Shown: positions 48,564 through 58,556, counted from the stretch's first letter. The stretch is 64,000 nt of DNA from Candidatus Eiseniibacteriota bacterium (GCA_963762255.1 CAVXKA010000002.1:864001-928000), one strand, 5' to 3'. Translations and numbers: made by a program. The notes: generated by a model not told the origin, from the sequence alone.

Positions 48564-50582
48564 CTAACGCGCCCCTCCGGATATTTCCACCCGGATCGGA
48601 CCGGTGATCGCCAAGGGGGGGGCCGGGGCGGACGGAATGGGCTCATCCCCCTCCACGCGAACCTGTGCGAACCCGGAGTTCTTCACGTAAAGCTCGATGT
48701 CCTCGTCGAAGCGCACCGAGCCCTCTCGGCCGCGGACCATGAAGGCAGAGTCCACAACCCCGTTCACGACGATGAGAACACGTCTCACGTCGATCCAGGC
48801 CGGAGCGATTACCCGCACGTGGCCCCGGGCCATGCCCGGTCCGCGCCGAAGGGTTCCGCCGATCTCAACTCCGTCCAGCGTGAACTCCACGAAAGGCCCG
48901 TTGGTGGAAACGGTCTTCCCCTCCTGCAATGCTTCTTTCACTGCGGCCGAGTTCGATCCGTCCGCGCGGACATAGGTGCGCGCGTCCGTTCGCCCGGGGT
49001 CTGCCAGGGTAAGTTCGTGTGCCTCGGCGGCGACATCGTCGAATCGCTCGTCCGCCGACCATGCGATGCCGTCGCAAACCAACGCCAATGCGCGGTCCGC
49101 CGAGGACACGGGACACGCGGGATGCGACCGGTCGAGCGCGCCGAGGTCCGCGGCGATCCACGAGTCGGGGATCCCGATCGACGCCAGCTCCGCGCGCAAC
49201 ACGGTGCGGCCGCCGGGCGCCAACGTCACATCCAGTTCCCACGCCTCGAACCCCGGACCCCGCGTCACCCGCACCCGGTACCGCCCCGGAGGAACGAACA
49301 CGGTGTCTGCACCAGCCGGCGTGAAGAGAAACTCCGCGGCGCCGGACGCGGAGTACCTTGGCCCGAACCACGGGTCCCGCGTTCCATTCACGCCAAGGAA
49401 TCGCCATCGCGCAGGCGAGCGCGCACCTCGCTCGTCCAACGCGCTCAATTCAACGGTCGCCGGCTCGAGGAGCCGCAGGGCGATCTTCCTCTTGCCGCCC
49501 GTCTCGATCGAGAACTCCGGAACCGGGGCGATCCCGTACCGGGGATGTGACACGAGAAGCATGCACCGGCCCGAGGGCACGGAAAGCACGAGCGGACCGC
49601 GCGAGGACGTTTCCCCCCACGCCAGCGCGCGTCCCTCCGGCGTGCGGATTTCCACCCTCACCATCGCCACGTGCTCGCCGCCGTGATCGGCTTCCACGGT
49701 GACCCATCCGACGGGAATCCCCTCCGCGGCCCACACCGCGGACGCCGCGTCCGCGGCGGTGCCGCGTCGCACGGCAAGTCGGCGTTCGACGCGAAGCGAG
49801 TCCCCCGGCGCGAGCGACGCGGTCTTCGACACCGCGTGCGACCACGTCGGCCCGCCCGACACGTCGAGCGCGCTCCCCGGGCTCCACCATGCGTAGGCGG
49901 TGCCGCGAGCGGCCCCGGTGAGGAAAGGGACCGTGTGCGCAGCTTCGCCGAACTCGAACCCCGGGCCGGGCGCAAAGGGCTCCGCCTCCCCCCACAGGAT
50001 GAGGTCCGCTGCGGGGAGGGCGACGGTGTCGAGGCCCCCGTTCACGAACCGCGTAGCGACGGAGAGGAGGTCCGATCCCGCCTCGAGCGAGTACCGGGTC
50101 TCGATGGCGACCTCGGGGAGTTCCCGGACACGTCCACGGGCGATCAAGACGCGTTGCGTCCTGGCGACGCCGGCCGGGTCGGGAACGACCGTGACGTACG
50201 TCGCTTGCGGATCGGCCAAGGGTGCGGCTGCCGCGGCGACCCGAACCTCGCCCAGGACATCCTCCCCCGACGAGGGTGCGGCATCGAGGATCCTTCCCGC
50301 GCGCACGCGATCTCCCCCACCGACGCCGCCGATCACCACCGCCATGCGCTCGTTGCGCAACAGCCAGTCACCCGCGGTCCCATCGGCCATGTCTCCGCCA
50401 AACGGGGGCGGCCCGGAAAGGAGCGTGAGCTCGACGAAGGGCGGGGCGAGGGCGACGGTCTCGACACTCGGCCCCTCCGGTGAGGGCGCGCGCGCGCACC
50501 CGGCGGCCAGCATGAGCGCGGCTTCGACAATCAGCAGAAGGCCGAGGAGGCGGGATCGTCGGGATAGGAGCATGCCGACCAT
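48564..50582 (-). CDS. Lipoprotein resembling CehA/McbA-family PHP metallohydrolases, with a degenerate PHP domain
   Basis: LAAGC lipobox; GDWLLRNE, PGRYRVRVTRGPGFE, GKTVSTNGP, APAWIDV. The expected HxH reads DLGALD. Confidence 0.55.
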   Translation of the reverse strand: MVGMLLSRRSRLLGLLLIVEAALMLAAGCARAPSPEGPSVETVALAPPFVELTLLSGPPPFGGDMADGTAGDWLLRNERMAVVIGGVGGGDRVRAGRILDAAPSSGEDVLGEVRVAAAAAPLADPQATYVTVVPDPAGVARTQRVLIARGRVRELPEVAIETRYSLEAGSDLLSVATRFVNGGLDTVALPAADLILWGEAEPFAPGPGFEFGEAAHTVPFLTGAARGTAYAWWSPGSALDVSGGPTWSHAVSKTASLAPGDSLRVERRLAVRRGTAADAASAVWAAEGIPVGWVTVEADHGGEHVAMVRVEIRTPEGRALAWGETSSRGPLVLSVPSGRCMLLVSHPRYGIAPVPEFSIETGGKRKIALRLLEPATVELSALDERGARSPARWRFLGVNGTRDPWFGPRYSASGAAEFLFTPAGADTVFVPPGRYRVRVTRGPGFEAWELDVTLAPGGRTVLRAELASIGIPDSWIAADLGALDRSHPACPVSSADRALALVCDGIAWSADERFDDVAAEAHELTLADPGRTDARTYVRADGSNSAAVKEALQEGKTVSTNGPFVEFTLDGVEIGGTLRRGPGMARGHVRVIAPAWIDVRRVLIVVNGVVDSAFMVRGREGSVRFDEDIELYVKNSGFAQVRVEGDEPIPSAPAPPLAITGPIRVEISGGAR

Positions 50583-50621
50583 GCTACCGGCCTCACGCGC
50601 GTCGCGCCATCCGTGCGCGCA

Positions 50622-50655
50622 GAAAAAAGAGGGGGTCGGTTGCCCGACCCCCTCT
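50622..50655 (-). terminator. Rho-independent terminator
   Basis: 12-bp stem AGAGGGGGTCGG / CCGACCCCCTCT with a GCAA loop and a T-run on the minus strand. Confidence 0.85.
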
Positions 50656-50679
50656 CGCGGAGCGTGATCCGCCGAGATT

Positions 50680-52596
50680 CTACTGCTCCAGGAACAGAAG
50701 TCGCCGCGTGAGGACCTGTCCGCCCGTCTCGAGGCGATAGAAATAGATGCCGCTGCCGGCGTTGCTCAGCGCGTCGCCGCTCAGCGAAATCACGTGATCG
50801 CCGGGGGTCTGGAGCCCTTCCACCAGTGTCTTCACCAGGCGGCCCCGGATATCGAAGACATTGATGGTCACAGGCACCATGTCACCGGCCTTGGCCCCCG
50901 CGGGCACCTGATAACGGATCTCCGTGGAACGGCCGAAGGGGTTCGGCGCATTCTGCAGGAGCTGGGCCATCGGACGCAGGTTGCGATCCTCGATGCCCGT
51001 GGTCGCCACGAACTCGATGTCGCTGGCGAAACGGGGAATCATCTGGTAGCCGGCCGTGAACGGGCTGGCCGAATCAAACTGCGAGGCGATGCCGATTACG
51101 TTCGCGTAGAGCGAAGTCGCGGCCATCCCGGGGATGTTGGTGTCCCCGTCCACGCGCAGGAGAAGCGTGTCCGCGTAGCAGTTGGTGACCTTGTAGTTGG
51201 TGTTCGCGCGCAGGGTGTCGGTCCCCACGGGGAACTTCACCAGCATCATCCGGACCAGGTCGTTCTCGATCGCTTCGAACGAAGAGCAGGTCGTGGTGAG
51301 CGCCGCCGCGGGCACCGAGCCGGGACCGTTGATCTCGACCAGGAGCGTGTCGCAGGTCGCGCTGGTGGCGATCTCCACCTTACCGTTGTACTGGTCGATG
51401 ATGCCCTCGACGGTCACATCGTCACCGAGGCCGGGCTGCACGGTGTGCGTCCCGTACTTGAAGACGTTGATCCCGCCGGTGGCGTCCTGGATGTTGTAGT
51501 CGGTGTTGAGAACCTGGATCACGCCATAGGGCAGGGTCACATTGCCGGTCACCCGAGCGCCGTAGTACCGATAGATGTTCGCCCCGTTGGCGTCGTTCAC
51601 GTACAGCTCACGGATGTTCTTGGTGCCGACGAAGTAGCCCTGGTTGTGGCCCTGCGTCGTATCCGGGTTCACGTTGTACGCGGTGACGTAGTACTCGACC
51701 AGATCCCCGTTGTTGCTCTGGGCGGGCAGCACGTACTCGAAGGTGGTCGTGTCGCCGGAAGTCGCGACCACGCCCATGGCCACCGTCGTCGCCGAACCAC
51801 CGTTCACCCAGTAGTGGATGTCGGCAGATACGGCGTTCAACACAACCGCTTGCGCGGCCGCAGTCTGGGCCGTAAACGGCACGCAAGGGGTGCGGGGCTC
51901 GCGCAGGAACTCGGGAGGCGGGTTCAAGCAGGTGGGATTGGTCGTGCCCGGCGAGTCGTCGATGTTGATCGCGAACTGGCCGATCACCCACGCGCCCGTG
52001 TCGCTGCAGCGATAGACGTGACCCGGATGGTAGGTGCCATCCGGACCGAGGGTGGCCGACGGGTAGTAGGTGTACTCGACGGTCGTGCAGTTCACCGCAG
52101 CTCCGTTGGTCAGAGCCACGCCGTCGATGATCGCGGTCCAGGGCGTGATGTCCAGGACGCCATCGTTGTTGGTGTCGAGATCCTGGGTGATGGTACCCGT
52201 CCAGCCGGAAACCAGCAGGTGGGTCACGTTGTCCGTGTTCTCGAACGCGTACGCCGCGGAGTTGATGTCCGCATCGTAACCGGTAAGGACGTGCCCGGCC
52301 GCGTAGTACTTTGCCGCGGCGAAGAAGCCATCGGCCTGGATCGCGTACCCGGTCAACGGCACGACGCACTCGACGACGCCGCAGCCGCCCGTGCCGTCAC
52401 CGATCACGATGTAGGTATACGAACTCAAGTCGGTCGAGGCCGGCCCCTGGAGCTCGAAGTACTCGTCGGTGTCGGTGCTGGTCATGTCGGTCCGGACCTC
52501 GGTGATCTGGATCTGTGCCCAGGCGCCGGCCGCGAAGGCGACCAGCCCGATCGAGAGAAGAAGTGCTAGCAGAAGCTTGTGCGTGGGAAGTCGCAT
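50680..52596 (-). CDS. Secreted LTD-like + OB-fold pair protein with a T9SS type A-like CTD
   Basis: IQITEV...DEYFEL; IQDATGGINV...GDDVTVEG...QYNG; YQMIPRFASDI; QNAPNPF...VFDIRGRLV...SGIYFYRL. Confidence 0.8.
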   Translation of the reverse strand: MRLPTHKLLLALLLSIGLVAFAAGAWAQIQITEVRTDMTSTDTDEYFELQGPASTDLSSYTYIVIGDGTGGCGVVECVVPLTGYAIQADGFFAAAKYYAAGHVLTGYDADINSAAYAFENTDNVTHLLVSGWTGTITQDLDTNNDGVLDITPWTAIIDGVALTNGAAVNCTTVEYTYYPSATLGPDGTYHPGHVYRCSDTGAWVIGQFAINIDDSPGTTNPTCLNPPPEFLREPRTPCVPFTAQTAAAQAVVLNAVSADIHYWVNGGSATTVAMGVVATSGDTTTFEYVLPAQSNNGDLVEYYVTAYNVNPDTTQGHNQGYFVGTKNIRELYVNDANGANIYRYYGARVTGNVTLPYGVIQVLNTDYNIQDATGGINVFKYGTHTVQPGLGDDVTVEGIIDQYNGKVEIATSATCDTLLVEINGPGSVPAAALTTTCSSFEAIENDLVRMMLVKFPVGTDTLRANTNYKVTNCYADTLLLRVDGDTNIPGMAATSLYANVIGIASQFDSASPFTAGYQMIPRFASDIEFVATTGIEDRNLRPMAQLLQNAPNPFGRSTEIRYQVPAGAKAGDMVPVTINVFDIRGRLVKTLVEGLQTPGDHVISLSGDALSNAGSGIYFYRLETGGQVLTRRLLFLEQ

Positions 52597-52856
52597 GTTG
52601 GCTGTACCCCCTAAGTGCAGTCTGGTCCACCCGAGGACACACGGTAGAGATAGAGGTGCCGGTGGACCAAGTCACCCCTCTATGGAAGCTAAGTCAGTGG
52701 GATGAGTCTAACCCGAATCCCCGGCGATTTCAATGACAATTCCTTGACAGATGCGTGTCAACCGCAAGCTGTAACGACACTTGCGAATATGGCTTTCGAG
52801 ACCTTCCAGAACCACGCTCCCCGCCCAGTCGGTTGGGGGCGGGCGATCACAACCTC

Positions 52857-53720
52857 TCAGGTTGCCGCGATTCGGGGGATGAGCGCCTCGATGAATCGGG
52901 TGAAGGTCTCCCGGAGACGCGAAGTCACTTCCATAACCTCGCCGTGGGAAAGGGGCTCCAGCGAGAGGCCGGCGGCCCGGTTGGAGATGCAGGTGACACC
53001 CAACACCTCCATTCCCAGGTGCCTGGCCACGATGACCTCCGGCACGGTGGACATGCCCACGGCGTCTCCCCCGAGGCGACGCGCCATGGCGACCTCGGCC
53101 CGCGTCTCATAGGTGGGTCCGAGGTTCCCCCAGTAGGTGCCGGCCCGCAGCCCGCAGAGCCCTCGTTCCGCGGCAACCTCGAAGCCTATGGCCAGGAGGC
53201 GCTTCGAGAAGGGCTCGGCCAGATCCACGAAACGATCCGCATCCACAAGAGGACCCCGGCCGCGCAGGGGGCTTCGAAACTGGAAGTTCACCTGGTCCTC
53301 GATGAGCATCAGGTCCCCGGGATTCAGGCGTGGGTCGACCCCGCCGGCGGCGTTCGTCACCACCAGCGCGCGCGCGCCGAGGGCATGCATGACGCGCAGC
53401 GGGAAGGTCACCTGGGCCGCCGAGTACCCCTCGTACAGATGGAAGCGCCCCTGTTGGGCGGCGACGGGGACGCCGCCGGTCTGCCCGAGGACGAGCCTGC
53501 CCGCGTGCCCCTCCACCGTGGCAACAGGGAAGCCCGGCAGATCGCGGTAGTCCACAGCGACCGGCGCGGTGAGGGTGTCGGCGAACCCGCCGAGGCCGGA
53601 GCCCAGGATGAGCGCAACGCGTGGGACGACTGGCGTGCGAGCGCGGATCACCTCCACGCACCGGGCGATGTCCGCCGGCGTGAATCCGATGCTGTCCGCA
53701 TCGCGGAATCCGGCGCTCAT
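52857..53720 (-). CDS. punA: Purine nucleoside phosphorylase (trimeric type)
   Basis: ILGSGLG, GHAG, GRFHLYEG, TNAAGG, GPTYET, VGMSTVPE motifs. Confidence 0.95.
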   Translation of the reverse strand: MSAGFRDADSIGFTPADIARCVEVIRARTPVVPRVALILGSGLGGFADTLTAPVAVDYRDLPGFPVATVEGHAGRLVLGQTGGVPVAAQQGRFHLYEGYSAAQVTFPLRVMHALGARALVVTNAAGGVDPRLNPGDLMLIEDQVNFQFRSPLRGRGPLVDADRFVDLAEPFSKRLLAIGFEVAAERGLCGLRAGTYWGNLGPTYETRAEVAMARRLGGDAVGMSTVPEVIVARHLGMEVLGVTCISNRAAGLSLEPLSHGEVMEVTSRLRETFTRFIEALIPRIAAT

Positions 53721-54343
53721 CGCGCCTCCCGGAGCATGCTCCGCACTTTGGTCACAAGGAGATCGACGGCGACTCGGTTTCGCCCACCCTCGGGAATGAT
53801 GATGTCGGCGTAGCGCTTGGAAGGTTCGATGAACTGGAGATGCATCGGGCGCACGCTCTCTTCGTACTGTTGGAGGATCGATTCCAGGCTTCTCCCCCGC
53901 TCCATCGTGTCCCGGCGGATGCGCCGGATGAGCCGCACGTCGGGGTCGGTGTCGATGAACACCTTGATGTCCATGAGCTTTCGGAGCGCGGGATCCTCCA
54001 ACACGAGGATCCCCTCCAGCATGATGACGCGGTGCCCCTCCACGCGCACCGTCTCCGGCAGGCGGGAGTGGTGGGTGAAATCGTACGTGGGCTTCTCGAT
54101 CGGCTGGCCGCGCAGGAGCGCCTCCATGTGATCGAGGAGAAGCTCGCGGTCGAAAGCGTCGGGATGGTCGAAGTTGAGCTTCGCCCGCTCTTCTATGGTG
54201 AGGCCGGCGAAGTCCTTGTAGTAGGAATCCTGCTCGATCATCACGACCTCTCGCGAACCCAGGTTCTCGATGAGGGTGGATGTGACGAGGGACTTCCCGG
54301 AAGCGGAGCCGCCGGCGATGCCGAGAAGAAGGGGCCCTTCCAT
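53717..54343 (-). CDS. udk: Uridine kinase
   Basis: GIAGGSASGKS, QDSYY, NFDHPDAFD, RRIRRDTMERGR, KRYADIIIP. Confidence 0.96.
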   Translation of the reverse strand: MEGPLLLGIAGGSASGKSLVTSTLIENLGSREVVMIEQDSYYKDFAGLTIEERAKLNFDHPDAFDRELLLDHMEALLRGQPIEKPTYDFTHHSRLPETVRVEGHRVIMLEGILVLEDPALRKLMDIKVFIDTDPDVRLIRRIRRDTMERGRSLESILQQYEESVRPMHLQFIEPSKRYADIIIPEGGRNRVAVDLLVTKVRSMLREAR

Positions 54344-54362
54344 GACGTCCTGTCCTGCTTTC

Positions 54363-55499
54363 CTAGAAATGATCCCGCGGCGGGACGAACTCCGGGCCGA
54401 AGGACCGGCCGATGAGTCCGTCCAGCTCGTCCAGGACCTGCGTAAGGAGCGCCACCTTGCGCCGCAGCGGAAGGAAGGCGCTCTTGAATCCGTTGAGCAC
54501 GAGCTTGCGCACGTCCGCGACCCCCAGCCCGAACGCCTCGACGGCCTTGCGGTACTCGCGGGTAATGTCGGTGTCGCTCATGAGGGTGTTGTCCGTGTTG
54601 AGAGTCACCCGGAGCCCCGAATCGTAATACAACCGGAACGGATGGTCCTCAAGGCGCTCCACCACCGCGGTCTGGAGATTGGAAGTGAGGCAGATCTCCA
54701 GAGGGATGCGGTGGTTGTTCACGTAGGCCATGAGGTCGGGATCCTCGTGCAGCCGCGTGCCGTGCCCTATGCGATGCGCCCCCAGCGCGTGCAGAGCCTG
54801 GTGGATGCTCGCCGGACCGTAGCCCTCTCCGGCGTGGCACGTGCAGTTGATGTTGTTCTTGAGGATCTTGTAGAAAGCGCTTCCGTGCTCCTTGGCCGGG
54901 TAGTTGAACTCGGCGCCGGCGAGATCGAACCCCACCACCCCGCTCTTCTTGTACTCGACGCATAGGTCGGCGAGGGCAAGGCTCTTGGCGGGAGACATGC
55001 TGCGGATGCTGCAGATGATGACGCCGGTCAGCACCCCCGTCGCCCGCGTTGCCTCATCGAGGCCGGCCAGCACCGAGTCCAGGATCTCCTGCATGGAGTG
55101 TCCCTTGAGTTCGTGAAGGATGGGCGAGAACCGCACCTCGATGTACCGCACGTTCTCCCGCGCGGCATCCTCCACCAGCTCGCGCGCCACGCGCCGCATG
55201 GCGCCCGGCTCCTGCAGCACGGAGAGCGTGTGCTGGAACGCGTCCAGGTACTCCTCCAACGACTCGCAGGCGTCCCCGCACACGAGGCGGCGGCGCAGCT
55301 CCGGCTCCGTCTCGCGGGCCAGGTCGAGGCTCTGGTCGCGGGCCAGCTCGCGAACGGTGTCGAGACGGACCGAGCCGTCGAGATGGATGTGAAGATCGGT
55401 CTTGGGGATCTCCCGAAGGAAGCTCGGGTGGGAGAGGATCATGGCGGTTTCGCGGCTCCGCTCCCCGGGACCGCTCCGCCCCAGCTCCGGCGCGCTCAT
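54363..55499 (-). CDS. add: Adenosine deaminase
   Basis: DLHIHLDGS, EVRFSP, GFDLAGAE, HAGE, RIGHG, TSN, NTDN. Confidence 0.93.
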   Translation of the reverse strand: MSAPELGRSGPGERSRETAMILSHPSFLREIPKTDLHIHLDGSVRLDTVRELARDQSLDLARETEPELRRRLVCGDACESLEEYLDAFQHTLSVLQEPGAMRRVARELVEDAARENVRYIEVRFSPILHELKGHSMQEILDSVLAGLDEATRATGVLTGVIICSIRSMSPAKSLALADLCVEYKKSGVVGFDLAGAEFNYPAKEHGSAFYKILKNNINCTCHAGEGYGPASIHQALHALGAHRIGHGTRLHEDPDLMAYVNNHRIPLEICLTSNLQTAVVERLEDHPFRLYYDSGLRVTLNTDNTLMSDTDITREYRKAVEAFGLGVADVRKLVLNGFKSAFLPLRRKVALLTQVLDELDGLIGRSFGPEFVPPRDHF

Positions 55500-56855
55500 C
55501 TAGCGGATCTCCGCCCGCGAGAGAAGATCGCGGATCGCTTGCGCTGGCCGCCGCAGGTATTCCTCGGGGTCGAGGTGTGGAAGGCGCCCGCTCGCGACAC
55601 GGATCTCGCCGTCCACGACCACCCAGCGCACGGCGTCGCGCGCCGCGGCGTAGACGATCCGGTCGTAGACCGATACGCCGGGGCCGCCGAAGGTCTGCGG
55701 ACGGTCGAGGTCGAGCACGACCACATCGCCGGCCTTTCCCGCCTCGAGGCTTCCGATCGCGTCATCCCATCCCACCGCCCGCGCGCCATCGATCGTGGCC
55801 ATCTCGAGTGCGGCCATCGCGGAGAGACTTCCCGGACCGCCCTTCAGGCCTTGCAACAGCGCGGCGAGGCGCATCTCCTCCAGCACGTCCATGTCGTTAT
55901 TGCAGGGGGCGCCGTCGCAGCCGATGCCCACCGAGAGGTTGTCCTGCGCGCGCAGGAACGGCAGGTCGGCCACGCCGGATCCCAGCTTCAAGTTGGCCGT
56001 CGGGCAGTGCGCGATCTTGAGCGGTCGTCCGCCCAGCGTCTCCAACTCGGGCTCGCGAAGCCACACCGCGTGGGCGGCGCGCAAGTCAACGTCGAGCACG
56101 CCGGTCGTGCTCAGGAACTCCATCTGCCCCGTGCCCAGCGACGCCCGCACCGCCGCTTCCTCGGCTTCGCTCTCGAGAAGGTGCGTGTGTACGGGCGCGT
56201 CCAGCTCCGCGGCCAGGGCGGCGGTGCGCTCCCAGAGCGCGCGCGAGCAGGAAAGCACGAAGCGCGGGCAGAGGGCGCCGCGGATCCTTCCGTCGGCCTC
56301 TCCGTGCCAGCGGCGATACAGATCGCCCGCCTCCTCGATCGCCCGGTCCGGATCTTCGAGGAGCGCGCTCGGCGCGCCCTCGCCGGTATCCATCAGACAC
56401 TTCCCCGCCACCGCGCGCAGGCCGGAGTCGCGGATCGCGCGAAAGATTCCCTCCATGCCGCGCACCAGGCCGAACTCCTGGATCGTGGTGGTGCCGGAGA
56501 GAAGACAGTCGGCCGCTCCAAGAAGCCCGGATGCGTACGCGGTGTCGTCGGTGTGCGCCGCCTCCAGCGGCCAGATGCGTTCGCGGAGCCAGCTCAGAAG
56601 CGGGCGGTCCTCGGCGAGGCCGCGAAAGAGGGCCTGACCGAGATGCACGTGCGCCTGGATGAACCCGGGCAGGACGAAGAGGCCCTGGGCCTCCAGGAGC
56701 CGCGTGGCAGGCGGCGGGACGATGCCGGGGCCGAGCGCAACGATGCGACCGTCGGTGATGAGGAGATCGCCTTCCAGCACGCGCCGCCCGGGGTCCATCG
56801 TGACCAGGGTGCCGCCGCGGATCAGGAGATGGCGATGGGACCGGGGCAGGGTCAC
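55500..56855 (-). CDS. Amidohydrolase, nucleoside deaminase (MTA/SAH/5'-deoxyadenosine deaminase-like)
   Basis: PGFIQAHVH, IWPLEA, HTHLLE, AHAVW, HCPTANLKLGSG, DGAPCNN; GTGA overlap with hpt. Confidence 0.85.
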   Translation of the reverse strand: MTLPRSHRHLLIRGGTLVTMDPGRRVLEGDLLITDGRIVALGPGIVPPPATRLLEAQGLFVLPGFIQAHVHLGQALFRGLAEDRPLLSWLRERIWPLEAAHTDDTAYASGLLGAADCLLSGTTTIQEFGLVRGMEGIFRAIRDSGLRAVAGKCLMDTGEGAPSALLEDPDRAIEEAGDLYRRWHGEADGRIRGALCPRFVLSCSRALWERTAALAAELDAPVHTHLLESEAEEAAVRASLGTGQMEFLSTTGVLDVDLRAAHAVWLREPELETLGGRPLKIAHCPTANLKLGSGVADLPFLRAQDNLSVGIGCDGAPCNNDMDVLEEMRLAALLQGLKGGPGSLSAMAALEMATIDGARAVGWDDAIGSLEAGKAGDVVVLDLDRPQTFGGPGVSVYDRIVYAAARDAVRWVVVDGEIRVASGRLPHLDPEEYLRRPAQAIRDLLSRAEIR

Positions 56856-57415
56856 GGCTGGCGGTAGACCTCTTCTTTGAGCACGCCGATGTAAGGCAGG
56901 TTCCGGTAGAGCTGGTTGTAGTCGAGCCCGTAGCCCACCACGAATTCGTTGGGACACTCGAAGCCGACGTACTTCACCGGCACTTCCTCGGCGCGAGCCT
57001 CGCGCTTGTCGAGCAGCGCGCAGATCTCCACCGACTTGGGATGGCGGGTGTAGAGGTTGTCGAGGAGATAGCGCGCGGTGAGGCCGGTGTCGATGATGTC
57101 CTCGACGATCAGGACGTGCCGTCCGTCGATGGGCTGGTTCAGATCCTTGAGGATGCGCACGACTCCCGAGGAGTGGGTGCCGCCGCCGTACGAGGAGACC
57201 GACATGAAGTCGACCTCGAGGTGGGTGTTCATCGAACGCACCAGGTCCGCCATGTAGGGAAAGCACCCGTTCAGGATGCCGACCATCAGAACGCGCCGGT
57301 CCGCGTAGTCGCGAGCGACCTCCGCACCCATGGCCTGAACCTTGGCCCGGACTTGTTCCTCGCTGAAGAGAACCTCTCGCATGTCCGCACCGATACCGTT
57401 TTCCCAAGATTTCAT
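56852..57415 (-). CDS. hpt: Hypoxanthine phosphoribosyltransferase
   Basis: VSSYG, VLIVEDIIDTGLT, FVVGYGLDY, YRNLPYIG. Confidence 0.96.
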   Translation of the reverse strand: MKSWENGIGADMREVLFSEEQVRAKVQAMGAEVARDYADRRVLMVGILNGCFPYMADLVRSMNTHLEVDFMSVSSYGGGTHSSGVVRILKDLNQPIDGRHVLIVEDIIDTGLTARYLLDNLYTRHPKSVEICALLDKREARAEEVPVKYVGFECPNEFVVGYGLDYNQLYRNLPYIGVLKEEVYRQP

Positions 57416-57619
57416 GCTGTGGCGATTCCCCTCTCTCCCGCTGGTTATGGTGCTCCCGGTGGCTTGTCGAGATGCGCGAGGCCGGAGCCCGGGAGGTAGG
57501 ACCGATCGGCGAGCATTCTGCCGCGTCCGCCCCCGGGAGGCAAGGCGCGAAACCGGGACACGCGGCGCCGCTCGGGGGTACCATGCGTGGAAGCTTCGGG
57601 CCGAAGGAGGGATGCGTTT

Positions 57620-58507
57620 ATGAGGTCTCGCGCGATCGCGTTGGTCTTGTTGTTGGCGGCTTGGATTCCCGGCGTTGCGGGGGCCTGGGAGTACCCCGTC
57701 ACCCCCGGCGATCTCACTCCCCCGCTCGAGTTCGTGAAGATGACCATCGTCACGCCGGACTCCGCGAGGCTCGCCACCTGGTACGTGCCGGCGCAGGACA
57801 GCGCGGGGGCGGTGCTCCCCGGTCGCCATCCCGGCGTGCTGGTCCTGCCCGGGGACCGCGACGTAATGGACGAGCGGCTGCACGTCGTTTCGGGACTCGC
57901 CCGCCGAGGCTTCTCGGTGCTCACCTTCGACCACCGCGGGCGCGGCGGCAGCAGCGACTTCTTCATCGACCGCCGCGCGCTCCTCTATCCGGAGTTTCTC
58001 GAGGACGCTCACTCCGCGCTCTTCATCCTGCGGCGCCAGGCCGAAGTGGATACGACGCAGCTCGCTCTCTACGGGGAATCGCGGGGCGCCTACCTCGCGC
58101 TGGCCCTGGCCGGCGAGCGACCGGAGACGCGCGCGGTGGCCGCGATTTCACCCCCGTTCAGTTTCGCCACTTGGCTTCCGGTGCTGGAGCGCGAGGAGCC
58201 GGGCGAGACGTACTTCGTGCCCGACGGATGGAAACGAAAGTGGGATGCCGACAAGGCGGTGGATCGCTTCAACGGCGCGATCCTGTTCGTTGCCGGCGAT
58301 CGCGATCTCACGACGCCGGCCTGGATGGCCGAGGATCTCTTCAAGCGGTATCCGCGGAGCAAGGACCTCTGGATCGTGGAAGGCGCCGGGCACGCCGGGC
58401 CGCAGAGCCCGTCGCGCTTCGCGGGCGAACGCTTCTTCGGGCGCGTGAGCGAGTTCCTGCACCGCGAGCTGGAGCGCCCGCCCCATCGGGGGTGGCCGGA
58501 GCGGTGA
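57620..58507 (+). CDS. Secreted alpha/beta hydrolase
   Basis: AAGGAGG RBS; signal peptide; DHRGRGGS, GESRG, GDRD, GAGH. Confidence 0.85.
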   Translation: MRSRAIALVLLLAAWIPGVAGAWEYPVTPGDLTPPLEFVKMTIVTPDSARLATWYVPAQDSAGAVLPGRHPGVLVLPGDRDVMDERLHVVSGLARRGFSVLTFDHRGRGGSSDFFIDRRALLYPEFLEDAHSALFILRRQAEVDTTQLALYGESRGAYLALALAGERPETRAVAAISPPFSFATWLPVLEREEPGETYFVPDGWKRKWDADKAVDRFNGAILFVAGDRDLTTPAWMAEDLFKRYPRSKDLWIVEGAGHAGPQSPSRFAGERFFGRVSEFLHRELERPPHRGWPER

Positions 58508-58556
58508 CGGAGCGCAGCCGGCCGAAATCTTGGCCGGGCCTTCCCTGGATCCAGGG

